From: Malacoraja senta
Taxonomy: Eukaryota
Assembly (NCBI GenBank): GCA_038087875.1
Contig: CM075994.1
Span: 8,744,001-8,808,000 of the forward strand
DNA length: 64,000 nucleotides
Direction of reading: 5' to 3'
Both the position numbers and the translations under genes were made by a program. The notes beneath the pieces are model-generated. The model had not been told where the DNA came from. It saw only the letters and a program-made list of their open reading frames with translations, and did not search any database. Below, piece by piece: positions 11,251-25,003 of the stretch; the stretch's first letter is position 1; each line of letters starts with the position of its first letter.

Positions 11251-13343
11251 CCGTGTGTTTGTAAAATTGGGACAAGGATCCTTCTTGAGTACTGGCAGAG
11301 ATAAGAAAGCTGGACGGCCATGAAGCAGTTCATTCATAATTCCTGTTACATGTGAACAGTGGTGTCACAGAATGCCTTCTACAGGTTCCCTCAACAACTT
11401 CAAGCATTAAAATGCTCCAAGCGTTTAGAAATGCTTCAATGCGATGCCATAAAATTATACGAAAATGCAAATACAAAGATACAAAAGCCGAACGAAAGTC
11501 AGTGTAATCTAATTTGACGTGCGGATCAGAGCATTTAACCAGGGGAACGACATTCAACATTTGCAATTTATCAGGCTCTTATCTGGGCCTCGGCACTTTC
11601 ATTAGGAGCAATCTATAAAGGAAGAGCAGGAGCCTGATCTGCTTTGAATATCCATTAAGATCTCATCGTCAGAGGCAACGGCAGCAACAGTACCTCAAGG
11701 TCAGTCAGGCTTAGTCACAAGAGCAAGCTTTGACAACTGAACCGAAAGCTGTTGTGAACAATTTTCAGCTCATTGTTCAAGCAGTCAAAGGGACTGACTG
11801 ATACCGTGAGCAGCCATGCAGTGAAGATCAAACTGCCTATTTCTTAGGTAGACAAAAATGCTGGAGAAACTCAGCGGGTGAGGCAGCATCTATGGAGCGA
11901 AGGAAATAGGCAACGTTTCGGGCCGAAACCCTTCTTCAGACGCTTAGTTTAGAGATACAGCGCGGCAACAGGCCCTTCGGCCCACAGCGACCAGCGATCC
12001 CCGCACACAAACACTATCCCACACACACACTAGGGACAATTTACATCCATACCAAGCCAATTAGCCTACAAACCTTTGGAGTGTTGGAGGAAACCGCAGA
12101 TCTCGGAGAAAACCGGCGCAGGTCACGGGGGGAACGTACAAACTCGGTAAAGACAGCACCCATACTCAGGGTCGAACCCGGGTCTCTGACGCGGTGAGGC
12201 AGCAACTCGACCGCAACGCCACCGTGCCGCCGTGTGCAAGTAGAGGGAAGGCAGCCGGCATCCGTGGAAACTGGAAACCGTTGGCGTGTTTAGCGCAGAA
12301 GATTTAATCGCAGAGGATCAGGACGGTGGAGTTCCTGCCTTGCAGCGCCAGAGACGCTGGTTCGATCCTGACTACGGGTGCTGTCTGGGCAGAATTTGCA
12401 CGTTCTTCCCGTGACAGCGTGGGTTTGCCCTGGTTTCCTCCCACATCCCAAAGACGCGCAAGCTTGCAGTTTTATTTGGCTTTGGTCACAAGTAGCAAGC
12501 TGTCCCGAGTGTGTAGGAATAGTGTTAGTGCACGCGGATCGCTGGTCGGTGCGGACTCAGTGGGCCGAAGGGCCTGTTGCCGCGCTGTATCTCTAAACTA
12601 AGCTAAGAAATGAGCTGTTTCCGCATTGTATCTGTAAACTTGAAACATTGTAGCTTTGCTGAATATATCTGAGGATAATATAATAAGTATTAAAGAAGGA
12701 ACTGCAGATGCTGGAAAATCGAAGGTACACAAAAATGCTGGAGAAACTCAGCGGGTGCAGCAGCATCTATGGAGCGAAGGAGATAGGCAACGTTTCGGGC
12801 CCAAACCCTTCTTCAGACTGATATAATATAATTAGACAGACAATATAATAAGTATGATGAGTATTTGATGAAACTGGCACTGTACTTGCCGGAGTTTAGG
12901 ATGAGAGGGTGGGTGGGTGGAAACCTCATTGAAACTTACTGAATAGCGAAAGGCCTGGATAGAGTGGATGTGGAGAAGATGTACGTTCCCCCCTTACCTA
13001 ACCTAACCCCTAACTCGATGGGCCATACAGCCTAAATCTGCTCCTATGACGTATGAAGATCACAAGTACTTGAACATGCTTGATTCAACTGCTGAGGATT
13101 TGAATTATCACACACACAAGCAAATCACTTGTCGAGTGCAGCGAGATGCGATTATCAGACGGTGCAACGTTTGAGATTTGGGCATTTCAAATGTTGCCAG
13201 CAGGTCTTGAACATGGACACAGAATGCTGGAGTAACTCAGCGGGACAGGCAGCATCGCTGGAAAGGAACGGGTGAAGTTTCGGGTCAAGAGCCTTCAAAC
13301 CGTGCGACTCCGCGGCGTTACGGAAAACTGCTCCTGCACTTAC

Positions 13344-13558
13344 CCGCATAATTATTCAGGTCAAACTGCGTCAGCATGTCGCTCTTCTCCTTGGCTTTGC
13401 CGGGAACCAGCTTGCGGTCCTTCTGCCGGCTGTTGACCTCTGCGATGGCCTGCTGGATGGCAGCCGAATCGCTGGGGATGATGCGATCCACTCTGAACAC
13501 GGCGCTGGCGTTCTGAGAGAGAGCTGCAGGAAGGGGCGGTCCACGTTCTTCCACAGGC
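13344..13558 (-). CDS. PRRC2A: PRRC2A coding exon (PVEERGPP…SAVFRVDRIIPSDSAAIQQAIAE…FDLNNYA)
   Basis: Matches PRRC2A [22 protein letters not shown]; ggcag acceptor, G|GTAAGT donor; 215 nt, phase 2 to 1. Confidence 0.93.
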
Positions 13559-13802
13559 CTGCCAATGAAATCGCGTCAACTCTTTGAGCACACCCTCATT
13601 CCTTCACTTCAGTGTGTGAACGAAATAGAATAGAATGCAGGAGTAGGCCATTCGGCCCTTCCAGCCAGCACGACCAACAATGTGATCATGACTGATCATC
13701 TGTTCCTGCCTTCTCCCCATATCCCCTGACTCTGCTATCTTTAAGAGCCCTATCTTGCTCTCTCTTGAAAGTAGCATAAAACTCATGGCCTTAAAAAGGG
13801 AG

Positions 13803-14653
13803 TACGGTCCACCACCGATTTTCCAGCAACTGGTGGTCCGGCACCTCCTTTACAACCACGAGAGCGCACTTGAAATCTCCCCTGGAAGTCTGCACACGGA
13901 TGTTGCCAGGACTAGAGGGTGTGAGCTATAGGGAGAGGTTGAGTAGGCTGGGTCTCTATTCCATGGAGCGCAGGAGGATGAGGGATGATCTTATAGAAGT
14001 GTACAAAATCATGAGAGGAATAGATCGGGTAGATGCACAGAGTCTCTTACCCAGAGTAGGGGAATCGAGGACCAGAGGACATAGGTTCAAGGTGAAGGGG
14101 AAAAGGTTTAATAGGAATCCGAGGGGTACCTTTTTCCACAGAGGGTGGTGGGTGTATGGAACAAGCTGCCAGAGGTGGTAGTTGAGGCTGGATCTATCGC
14201 ACCGTTTAAGAGGCAGTTGGACAGGTACATGGATAGGACAGGTATGGAGGGTTATGGAGCAAGTGCAGGCAAGTGGGACTAGTGTAGCTGGGACATTGTT
14301 GGCCAGGTGTGGGCGTCGAGCCTGTTTCCACACTGTATACTCTACAAGTCCACCCCAAAAATATGACGCCTAGGCCGGGTGAGGCGTCCAAACACGACCT
14401 CATCGGGACTTCCGCAGCCGATCTGCGGGTCGAATTCACCCCCTGCAGCCGGTCCTCTGGAACTCCGGCCCGGCCAGAGCCGGCTGATCCGTTCCCATGG
14501 CTGACTTTGCTGGCCGGTATCTCGGCCCCTCAGCGGACCGTTCCAGTACCGTTGGGACTCCTCTCAGAGGCCGTGACCTCTGTTGGCCCGGCAAAACGGA
14601 TAGTCCAGAATGCCTCTGGAACAAAGGGTGCCGGAAAATCGGTGGTGGACGTG
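13803..14653. mobile_element. TIR element (possibly pogo/Tigger-like) interrupted by a CR1; related copy ~30297-30660
   Basis: Inverted ends tccaccaccgattttcc / ggaaaatcggtggtgga. Confidence 0.55.
13890..14340 (+). mobile_element. Second CR1 subfamily 3' fragment (also ~380-770, 29228-29580, 42506-42946, 60388-60780)
   Basis: LPRVGESRTRGHRFKVKGKRFNRN motif. Confidence 0.85.
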
Positions 14654-14929
14654 CAAGTCTCTCCCTCTCTCCCCTCACCTTGTGAACCTACGCTGCACTC
14701 CCTCAATAGCAAGAATGTCCTTCCTCAAATTAGGGGACCAAAACTGTACAACATACACCAGGTGCGGTCTCACTAGGGCCCTGTACAACTGCAGAAAGAC
14801 CTCTTCGCTCCTGTACTCGACTCCTCTTGTTATAAAGGCCAACATGCCATTCACTTTCTTCACTGCCTGCTGTACAGTATACATTCTTGGTGTAATATCA
14901 TTTATCATTTATCATGCTCTATCATTTAT

Positions 14930-15400
14930 TCTGCACCTCCTCCAACCTCATCTATTGCATCCGCTGTTCTAGGTGTCAACTGCTCTACATCGGTGAGACC
15001 AAGCATAGGCTTGGCGATCGCTTCGCCCAACACCTCCGCTCGGTTTGCTTTAACCAACCTGATCTCCCGGTGTCTCAGCACTTCAACTCCCCCTCCCATT
15101 CCGTATCCGACCTTTCTGTCCTCCATGGCCAGAGTGAGTCCCACCGTAAATTGGAGGAGCAGCATCTCGTATTTCACTTGGGCAGTTTACACCACAGCAG
15201 TATGAACATTGACCTCCAATTTTAGGTAGTCCTTGCTTTCTCCGTCCTTCCCCTCCACTTCCCAGCTCTCCCACAGCCCACTCTCCGCCTCTTCCTTTCT
15301 TCTGCCCCCCCACCCCCACATCAGTCTGAAGAAGGGTCTCCACCCGAAACCTCACCTATTCCTTTGCTCCATCGAAGCTGCCTCACCCGCTGAGTATTTG
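14930..15400 (+). mobile_element. Penelope-like GIY-YIG fragment
   Basis: ORF 14914-15225 GIY-YIG plus terminal repeat. Confidence 0.85.
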
Positions 15401-15496
15401 TCTATCTATCATTTATTACCAATGTTCCTTGACTCCTGCATTCTTAATGCGCCTTCCTGATCGTTTACCCATGTCCCCGTGCTCCCCTTCACCCAC

Positions 15497-17806
15497 CTCC
15501 TGTTCTTTGGAGAAGACCAGTTGCGTTTGTCATTCCTCATGGATCCGGCACTGTTGCGGCTGCTCCTGCCGCCAGAATCGCCGGGATTCGAGCGCCGATT
15601 CTGCCGATCCATGCCGGGCCTCTGGCTGGAGAAGCTACGCTTGGACGACTCCTTCTTCTGGGCGGCGCTGGGATCCATCGACTTGACGCCGCCAGGGGCG
15701 CCCTTGACGAAGACGCCGTCCTTGTCCCGCCTCTCGGTGAAGTCGCTGCTCTCGGAGGCCGTCTCCCACTCCTCGTTGGCCTGGTCGGAGTTCTGGTTGG
15801 ACAGGTCGGGGGACTTGGTGCCGGCGGCGCTGTGGACCACCTCCTTGATCTCCTCGGTCTGGGGGTTGGGCGGGGGGGGGTTGGCCGGCGGCAGCTCGTC
15901 GGCCGGGTACGGGTTGCGCTCGCCGTTCATCCTGGCCGCCACCTCGCGCTCCTGCTTGAGCCGGCGGAAGCGGGGCGGCTTGTCCTGCTGCTGGGACCGG
16001 CCGTGGCGCCGCCGGCGAGGGGGCCGGTCCATGGGCCGGTCCAGCCGGTGCAGCGGAGGAGCCTCGGGGAAGCCGCCCGGGTCGGCAGCCGGAGCCGGCC
16101 TGTCCGCCAGGCTGCGGTCGCTCTCCTTGCACGACACCGGGGCGTCCGGGGGCTTGTTCTCTGGCCCCCTCACCTGCTCCTTGGAAGGCTGTTTCTTGGG
16201 TGGGGACATCTTGGAAGGCGGGCCCCAGCCACCTTGCTGGGGACGGCCCCCACCCCCACCGCCACCACCACCACCACCACCACCACCACGGGGCACCCCC
16301 CCTCTGCCCCTCCTAGAAGGCACACCCCGCGGGGTGAAGACCCTACCGCGGGAGGAGTCGCTGAGCCGGGGAGGCATTTTGTCGGCAAACTTCGGCGGCG
16401 GCTCGGACCAGTTCCTCTTGTCCACCCGGCCCTGGTCAGAGTTGCGGAACTCCTTGGGCGGCTCCTTGGAGCTGGAGGAGGCCTCCTTGTCGGAGTGGGC
16501 CACGTCACTGGCGCTCTCGTGGGTCTCACTGCCCGTCTCCGAGCCCCGCTGGCGCCGGCGCTTGGGGATCTCCTCGTACTCCGAGCCCTCGCTGCGCGTC
16601 TCGCTGGGGTTGCGCGGGCGGAAGGCGCCCTTGGGGCCGTCCTCCTCGGCACGGTACACCTGCTCGCGGTAGCCCCGGAACTCCCGGCTGCGGCCCCGGC
16701 CGCCCCGCCCCCGGCCGCCGTAGGCGCCGCGGTAGCCCCGGCCCCGCGAGAAGAACTCCCCCCGGCCCCTGGCCCGGCCACGGCCAGAGAAGTTGCGTTC
16801 GAATGAGTGGTCGCGGTCCCGGTTGCGCCGCGGCGGCGGTGGGCCGCCACCGTAGTCCTTCGGGGGCGGCTTGGACGGCTTGATCTTCTCCGGCCGCTGC
16901 TCCTTGCCAGAAGGCTTGGCCTTCCCTCGATCGTCCTGCATGTTGGCCGCGGGGGGGCCCGGCAAGGACTTGTTGGAGGCAGCCGCAGACGGACCGGGCT
17001 GGTTCACCTTCAAACTGATGGAAGAATCCGACTTGGAAAGGTCGCTCGATTCCGGTGGTTTGTCCTTCCCTTTGACGGCAGCTTTCTCTCCGGCCGCCGG
17101 CTTCCCCCGTTCAACCTCCTGTTCGCTGTCTTCTCTCTTCAGCTCCTTCAGCACCGGCTTCTTGATGGGGCCGGCACGGCGGGCCGGCTTCTCCCCCATC
17201 TCGTCGCGGTTCTTGCTGCCCGGCCGTGGGCCCCAGCGGGTCTCCGTCTTGGAGTCCTTCCGCTGAGGCCGGTGCATGTCTCCCTGGCGGCCCGGCTTGT
17301 CTCCCTTCCTGCCCTCGTCCTGCTTGCCCTCTTTGGCCCCGTGGTCTTCCTTGTGCTGCAGCAGCTCCAGGGGCTGCGAGTGGGGCCCCGCTTTCTTCAC
17401 GCTGTTGGCCGAGAGCTGCGCGGACTCCCGCTGCACGTGCATGGCGTGGGCCTCCATCTTCTTGTCCTCGTGCGGGTGCGCGTGAGGGTGCGGGTGAGGG
17501 TGCGGGTGAGGGTGCGGATGCGATACAGCGTCCCTGCGGGCGATCATCGGCTCCTGGTCCGCCTTGCGCTGGGCATGCTGGAGGTGGACAGACATCTCCA
17601 TCCGCCTGTCCCGCCCCACCTCCGCCTGCACGCCGGGCAGCGAGTTCTGCCAGGGGCTCTGCCTCTGATCGTCCAGCCGCTCCACCAGCGGGTAGCGCTG
17701 CATCTGCGCCATGTGGCGAGGCCCAGCGTCCGGGACCTGCTGGAGGCCGCCCATGAAGGACTGCGGATGCCCAGAGTCTCGGTGTCGGACCGGTGGTGTG
17801 TCACTC
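15497..17806 (-). CDS. PRRC2A: PRRC2A large central exon (2,310 nt; RG-rich; SETRSEGSEYEEIPKRRRQRGSETGSETHES; SPDLSNQNSDQANEEWETASESSDF; KRSFSSQRPGMDRQNRR)
   Basis: Within the 827-aa ORF; several PRRC2A-diagnostic motifs; cccgcag acceptor, AG|GTGGGT donor; phase 2 to 2. Confidence 0.97.
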
Positions 17807-19545
17807 CTGCGGGACAAACAGAAAGCTGTTGGGAACAAGAACGGAAACAAGGAACTGCAGACGCCGGTCGAGACGCGCGCGCGCGCACACAATAAAGGAA
17901 TAACTCGAAGACGAACACAAAAAGTTGGAGCAGCTCAGCGGGTCAGGCAGCATCTCTGGAGAGAAGGAATGGGTGACGTTTCGGGTCGAGACCCTTCTGT
18001 CGTGGCCATTTGTCTTTATTTTGTGTGTCATTTATTATGGCATTTGTCTTTAAATTTTAGTAATTATGTGGAGGGGATTTATTACATAGTTGGTGGCACT
18101 GGTAGTGAGAGACTCAGTAGAACTGAGAGTCTGGGGAAAGGATGACGCGAGATTTAGACGGCCATGTAGATATAGAACAAATGAATGAAAGATGCAAAAA
18201 AAGTAATGATGATCAAGGGATAACTGAGCGGTTCTGCTACAGTCAGGCATTATTTTAGCAATGAGAGGAGAAACGTCTTTAGTCAGAGGCTAGTTAATCT
18301 GTGGAAACTCATTGCACGAGGAATGCGGAGGCCAAGTGTGGATATTTTTAAGGCAGAGATAAGACAAATACTTGATTAAAATGGGTGTCAAGGGTCATAG
18401 GAGAAGGCAGGAGAATGGGGTTAGGAGGGGGAGATATATCAGCCATGATTGAATGGCGGAGTGGACTTGATGGGCCGAATGGCCTAATTGTACTCCTATA
18501 ACTTGTGATCTTGTGAAAACGTGGAAAGGCGACGTTTCGGGTTAGGATCCTTCTCCAGATCTGAAGATCGTTGTGGGTCCTGACCCAAAATGTCACCTGT
18601 CCATGTTTAGTTTAGTTTAGTTTAACGATACAGCTCGGAAACAGGCCCTTTGACCCACCGGGTCGGCACCGACAAATGATCCCCGCATATCAACACGATC
18701 CTACACACTAGGGACAATTTTTTTTACATTTACCAAGCCAACTAACCTACAAACCTGTACGTCTTTGGAGTGTGGGAGGAAACTGAAGACCTCTGAGAAA
18801 AACCCACGCAGGTCACGGGGAGAATGTACAAACTCTGTACAGCCAGCACCCGTAGTCGTGGGTCGAACCAGGGTCTCCGTCGCTGCATTCGCTGTGAGGC
18901 AGCAACTCTAACGCTGCGCCCAAATAGACACATCCTGAAGCCGTGGTCTCCGGTAAGAAAGCGCCGATTCTGGACCTCCAAGAGTGTGTTCGACCCTCCC
19001 GACGTCGGAGATTTAAATCATCCCGACGAGAGGGCCAGTGGCCGTCTGTAGCGGCGACTACGGAGGGTTTATGGTTTATGGCCCCGACCACGGGTGAACA
19101 AAGGAGGAGAACTGACTGAACTTTGTTGCCGTCCACCACAGTCAAGAAAGATGTGGTGGATGTTTGTGTTAAATTCTATTGTGTACTGTGTGTTCTTTTT
19201 AAGTGTATCGCTGCTGGCAAATTCATTTCACTGCACCTTCGGGTGCATGTGCCGAATAAAATTGACTTTGACAAAATGCTGGAGCAACGCATGGCGAGAG
19301 GCAGTACCTCTGGAGAAGTTGGATATCGCCTCGTGTCGGGACACCTCCTCGGACCCACTGCGGGGCACGGAAGCGAGAAAAGACCGGGACAGATCAGGGG
19401 TGGCAACAGAATGACCTCAGGCAGGTTCACAGCTGCATTTCTGTTGGGCAGACTGCTGGCTAGGGACTGGATAACTGAATTTTAGTGGGGGGGGGAAGGG
19501 GGCGGAGGGGGATAAGAAAGAGGAGGAGAAAGTTTGTAGAAGTTA

Positions 19546-19839
<294 letters not shown>

Positions 19840-21730
19840 CTAGCTACACAATAGAACGGAAGATCGACACAAAAAGCTGGAGTAACTCAGCGGGACAGGC
19901 AGCATCTCTGGAGAGAAGGAACAGGTGACGCTTCGGGTTGAGACCCTTCTTCAGACGGGTCCGACTGTTGTTGTTCAAACTAAGAGTCTATTGTCAGGTC
20001 TCCTCCACTGTCAGAGTGAGACTAAATGCAAATTGGAGGAACAGCATCTCATATTTTGCATGGGCAGCTCACAGTACAGAGGTATGAATATTGATTTCTC
20101 TAACATCAATTTACCCCGGCATTCCCCCCCCCCCTCTCTCTCTCTCTCTCTATCCCTCACCAAGCCACACCAGCTTCTCGTTTTCACCCAACAAACAGCT
20201 GACAATGGCCTGTTTCCTTTATCATCGTTACTTTTTTGCGCATTTTTCATTCATTGTTCTTTATCTCTCTACATCATCTTCCAGATCTCTCGTTTCGCTC
20301 TCCTGTGACTCAGTCTGATAGAAGGGTCTCGACCCGAAACGCTACCCATTCCGTCTCACCGGAGATGCTGCCTGTCCCGCTGAGTTACTCCAGCTTTGTG
20401 TCTAACAGTCTACTGAGCAGATTTTACACATGGACCTGTTCATTTTCAATAATAAATGAATAATGTGTTACATAGAAACATAGAAAACAGGTGCAGGAGG
20501 CCATTCGGCCCTTCGAGCCAGCACCGCCATTCATTGTGATCATGGCTGATCGTCCTCAATCAATAACCCGTGCCTGTCTTCTCCCCATCTCCCTTGATTC
20601 CACTAGCCCCTAGAGCTCTATCTAACTCCCTCTTAAATCCATCCAGTGATTTGGCCTCCACTGCCCTCTGTAGCAGGGAATTTCACAAATTCACAACTCT
20701 GGGTGAAAACGTTTTTTCTCACCTCAGTCTTAAATTACCTCCCCTTTATTCTAAGACTGTGGCCCCTGGTTCTGGACTCGCCCAACATTGGGAACATTTT
20801 TCCTGCATCTAGCTTGTCCAGTCCTTTTATAATTTTATACGTTTCTATAAGATCCCCTGACTGAAAAAAATATATTGAAGGTTCCTTTAACTCATTTTCT
20901 CTCTGAATTTTATCACTGTCAATTTCCACAATAATAATGTTGCTACCTTTAAAGAAAAAGAGTAACTCAGCAGGTCAGAGCTTCCCTGGAGAACATTACG
21001 TATAAACATAGAAAATAGGTGCAGGAGTAGGCCATTCGGCCCTTCGAGCCTGCACCACCATTCAATATGATCATGGCTGATCATCCAACTCAGTATCCCA
21101 TACCTGCATTCTCTCCATACCCCCTGATCCCCTTACCCACAAGGGCCACATCTAACTCCCTCTTAAATATAGCCAATGAACTGGCCTCAACTACCTTCTG
21201 TGGCAGAGAATTCCACAGATTCACCACTCTCTGTGTGAAAAATGTTTTTCTCATCTCGGTTCTAAAAGACTTCCCCCTTATCCTTAAACTGTGACCCCTT
21301 GTTCTGGACTTCCCCAACATTGGGAACAATCTTCCTGCATCTAGCATGTCCCAACCCCTTAAGAATTTTGTAAGTTTCTATAAGATCCCCCCTCAATCTT
21401 CTAAATTCTAGCGAGTACAAGCCGAGTCTATCCAGTCTAACATTGTTAAGTCACGTTTCAGGACGGAAGCCTACTGACAAGTCCCGACCCAAAATGTCAT
21501 CTATCCATCTTCTCCAGAGATGTTGCCTGACCTACTGAGTTATTCCAGCACTTGGAGTCTTTTATTCATAATCAAGGTGGTTGTTTGTTTTTACATGTTG
21601 CTCCCCATCCCCTTTTGTTACTAAAGCAGGCTATTCTGGCAAATGGACTTAAACTGGAACTCATTGCCACAGAAGGCTGTGGAGGCCAAGTCACTGGATA
21701 ATTTTAAGACAGAGATAGATAAGATTCTTG

Positions 21731-22497
21731 TTTAAAAAAGAACTGCAGATGCTGGAAAAATTGAAGGTAGACAAAAATGCTGGAGAGATTCAGCGGGTGA
21801 GGCAGCATCAATAGAGGGAAGGAATAGGTGACGTTTTGGGTCGAGACCCCTCTTCAGACTGACGAGGAGGTGGGGGGTGGGGGGGGGGGCGGCTGGAAGA
21901 AGAAAGGAAGAGGAGGAGACACTGGGCTGTGGGAGAGCTGGGAAGGGGAAGGGAAGGAGGGAGAAAGCAAGGACTACCTGAAATTGGAGAAGTCAATGAT
22001 CATACCGCTGGGGTGTAAACTGCCCAAGCGAAATATGAGGTGCTGCTCCTCCAATTTGCGGTGGGATTCACTCTGGCCATGCAGGAGGCCCAGGACAGAA
22101 AGGTCGGATTGGGAATGGGAAGGGGAGTTGAAGTGTTGAGCCACCGGGAGATCAGGTTGGTTAGTGCGAACCGACCGGAGGTGTTGGGTGAAGCGATCGC
22201 CAAGCCTGCGCTTGGTCTCACCGATGTAGAGCAGCTGATACCTGGAGCAGCGAATGCAATAGATGAGGCTGGAGGAGGTGCAGGTGAACCTCTGCCTCAC
22301 CTAGAAAGACTGCTTGGGTCCTTGGATGGAGTCAAGGTGGCAGGTAAAGCGACAAGTGTAGCGTTTCCTGCGGTTGCGAGGGAAAGTACCGGGGGGGGGG
22401 GGGTGGTGGTTTGGGTGGGAAGGGACGAATTAACCAGGGAATTACGGAGGGAGCGGTCTCTGTGGAACGCCGAAAAGGGGAGGAGATGGCAAGATGT
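21731..22497 (-). mobile_element. 5'-truncated Penelope insertion with 13-bp TSD (duplicate at 34998-35764)
   Basis: GIY-YIG ORF 21974-22300; TSD gataagattcttg at 21718-21730 and 22498-22510. Confidence 0.9.
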
Positions 22498-22845
22498 GAT
22501 AAGATTCTTGGTTATTACGGTGTCAGGGGTTATGGGGAGAAGGCAGGATTGTCAGATTGAGAGGGAAAGATAGATCAGCCATGATTGAATGGCAGAGTAG
22601 ACACGATGGACGAAAAATCAGAATTTTTACCAAGCCAATTAACCTACACGCCTTGATTAGTCAGGGTGTCAGCGGTAATGGGGAGAAGGCAGGATAGTGG
22701 GATTGAGAGGGAAAGATAGATCAGCCATGATTGAACGGCGGAGTAGACTTGATGGAACAAATGGCCTAATTCTGCTCCTATGACTGGTGGACTGATAGAG
22801 TCCTGCACTTGTTAAAGGTAGAGGGGAGCGAGTGTTTTTTTTTAC

Positions 22846-23246
22846 CAAAGATCCTATAGCGGAGCAAGATAGACCACTCCTGCTAAATGCAATGGGCTGA
22901 CGCGTAGTACGCAACGGAGCGGAACGCGGGCCTTTTTTTCATCCATTTCAGTAACCGACCCGACTTTGGGTATCCCTCTCGCAGTGTAATCAACGTTGTG
23001 TGGGGGGGGGGACAGTTTGTGTTAATAAATTAAAATTCTGAAAATGAGAAGATTTTTACCAAAGAACTTTGATTTTTACCAGGATGTTTCCCGTAACCGG
23101 CTTCCGTCTCCGCACTAGTATCTTTGGTGCGGAGACGGAAGCCGGTTACGGAAATGGGGCCGAAAATTACTCATGAATCTGCCCATGACCGTGCTACATC
23201 TTTTTCGTCGAGTTGTCTATCTTGCTCGCTATATATAGGATCTTTG
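22846..23246. mobile_element. Same hAT-like MITE abutting the GC donor (duplicate 36113-36513)
   Basis: Same TIR; 8-bp TSD ttttttac/gtttttac. Confidence 0.8.
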
Positions 23247-23253
23247 GTTTTTA

Positions 23254-23685
<432 letters not shown>

Positions 23686-23828
23686 TTACCATTGATGTAT
23701 AACCGCTTTTTAAAAGAAAACCCTTTGTAACGTGCAATGGAACGTCCAATTTTTCCTCTCCAGCTTCCAAAAGGAGGCGGCTGAAATTCCTCAAGCAAAC
23801 TACCTACACTGACCCCTGCAGGTTAGAG

Positions 23829-24200
23829 CAGGGGTGGGGAACCTTTTCATGGTGGAAGGCTGCATTAAGTTAGCTGTGATCTAATAAGGCCTCATCCTAG
23901 AAACTTCAATTAGATATACTTCAAAATGTACATTATCTTGTTAAAATAGCCCTCATGACTTACTAATGTTTTAATTGTGGCCGTCAGTCGGGGAGGATTA
24001 TTTTGTTGAATCGTCTTTTACTCTTTGGTATTTTAAATACTTTCATTTTAAGATTAAAATAAAAATAATAAAAGATGAACAAAAACATATTAATAATAAT
24101 AAAAAGATTTGTTCTCCAAAATTTGGATTCATTCAAAAGGCCGCACTTAATGGCTTAGAAGGCCGCATGTGGCCGTTAGGCCGCAGGTTCCCCACCCCTG
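23829..24200. mobile_element. hAT-Charlie-type MITE (duplicate 37096-37467)
   Basis: TIR CAGGGGTGGGGAACCT; TSD ggttagag/ggttagaa. Confidence 0.85.
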
Positions 24201-24537
24201 GGTTAGAATCTTAGTTTAGTTCAGAGATGCAGCGTGGAAATAGGCCCTACAGCCCACCGAGTAAACCGAAGATCTCTTGAAGAAAACCCACACAGGTCAC
24301 GGGGAGAACGTAAAACTCCGTACAGACAGGCATCCATAGTCAGGATCGAACCAGGGTCTCTGGCACTGTGAGGCAGTAGCTCGACCGCTGTGCGACCAAG
24401 TTGTCCAATTGAATAAAAGTATTCCTCCGTCGCTACCCTCTGCCTCCTGTCACCAAGCCAGTTTTAGAGGCGGTATGGTGGCGCAGCGGTCTTACAGCGC
24501 CAGAGAACTGGGTTCGATCCTGACAACGGGTGCTTGT

Positions 24538-25003
24538 CTCAGCCACCAAGCACGACATCCGGAGGCTGCAGCGCATCGTCCGATCAGCTGAGAAGGCTGT
24601 TGGCTGCAACCTTCCCTCCATTGACGAACTGTACACTGCAAGGGCCAGGAAGCGAGCGGGTAAGATCATCTCTGACCCCTCTCACCCTGGCCACAAACTC
24701 TTTGAATCACTTCCCTCTGGAAGGCGACTCCGGACTGTCAAAGCTGCCACAGCTTGACATAAAAACAGCTTTTTTCCACAAGTAGTAGCTCTACTCAATA
24801 ACCAAAAATCTGTAGCCTCGTTTTGTTCTAGTATTATATTTAATTCACATGTTTAATCAATAATGTTTTATTATTAATGTTTAATGTTTTATGTGTCATT
24901 CCTAACTGTCACTGTATGTCGATGTCACTTGTGGGCGGAGCACCAAGGCAAATTCCTTGTATGTGAATACTTGGCCAAAAAACATATTCATTCATTCATT
25001 CAT
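24538..25003 (+). mobile_element. Rex1/Babar-type LINE 3' fragment nested in a SINE (related copy 27335-27695, minus)
   Basis: LQRIVRSAEK…DPSHPGHKLF..LPSGRR; (ATTC)n tail. Confidence 0.72.

Noticed and set aside
11290..11840. Repeat-free intronic block, possible snoRNA or exon
   Set aside because: No clear box motifs or frame-compatible exon found by eye
15479..17895. Long plus-strand ORFs (397, 324 and 362 aa)
   Set aside because: Antisense shadows of the GC-rich PRRC2A exon; no independent motifs
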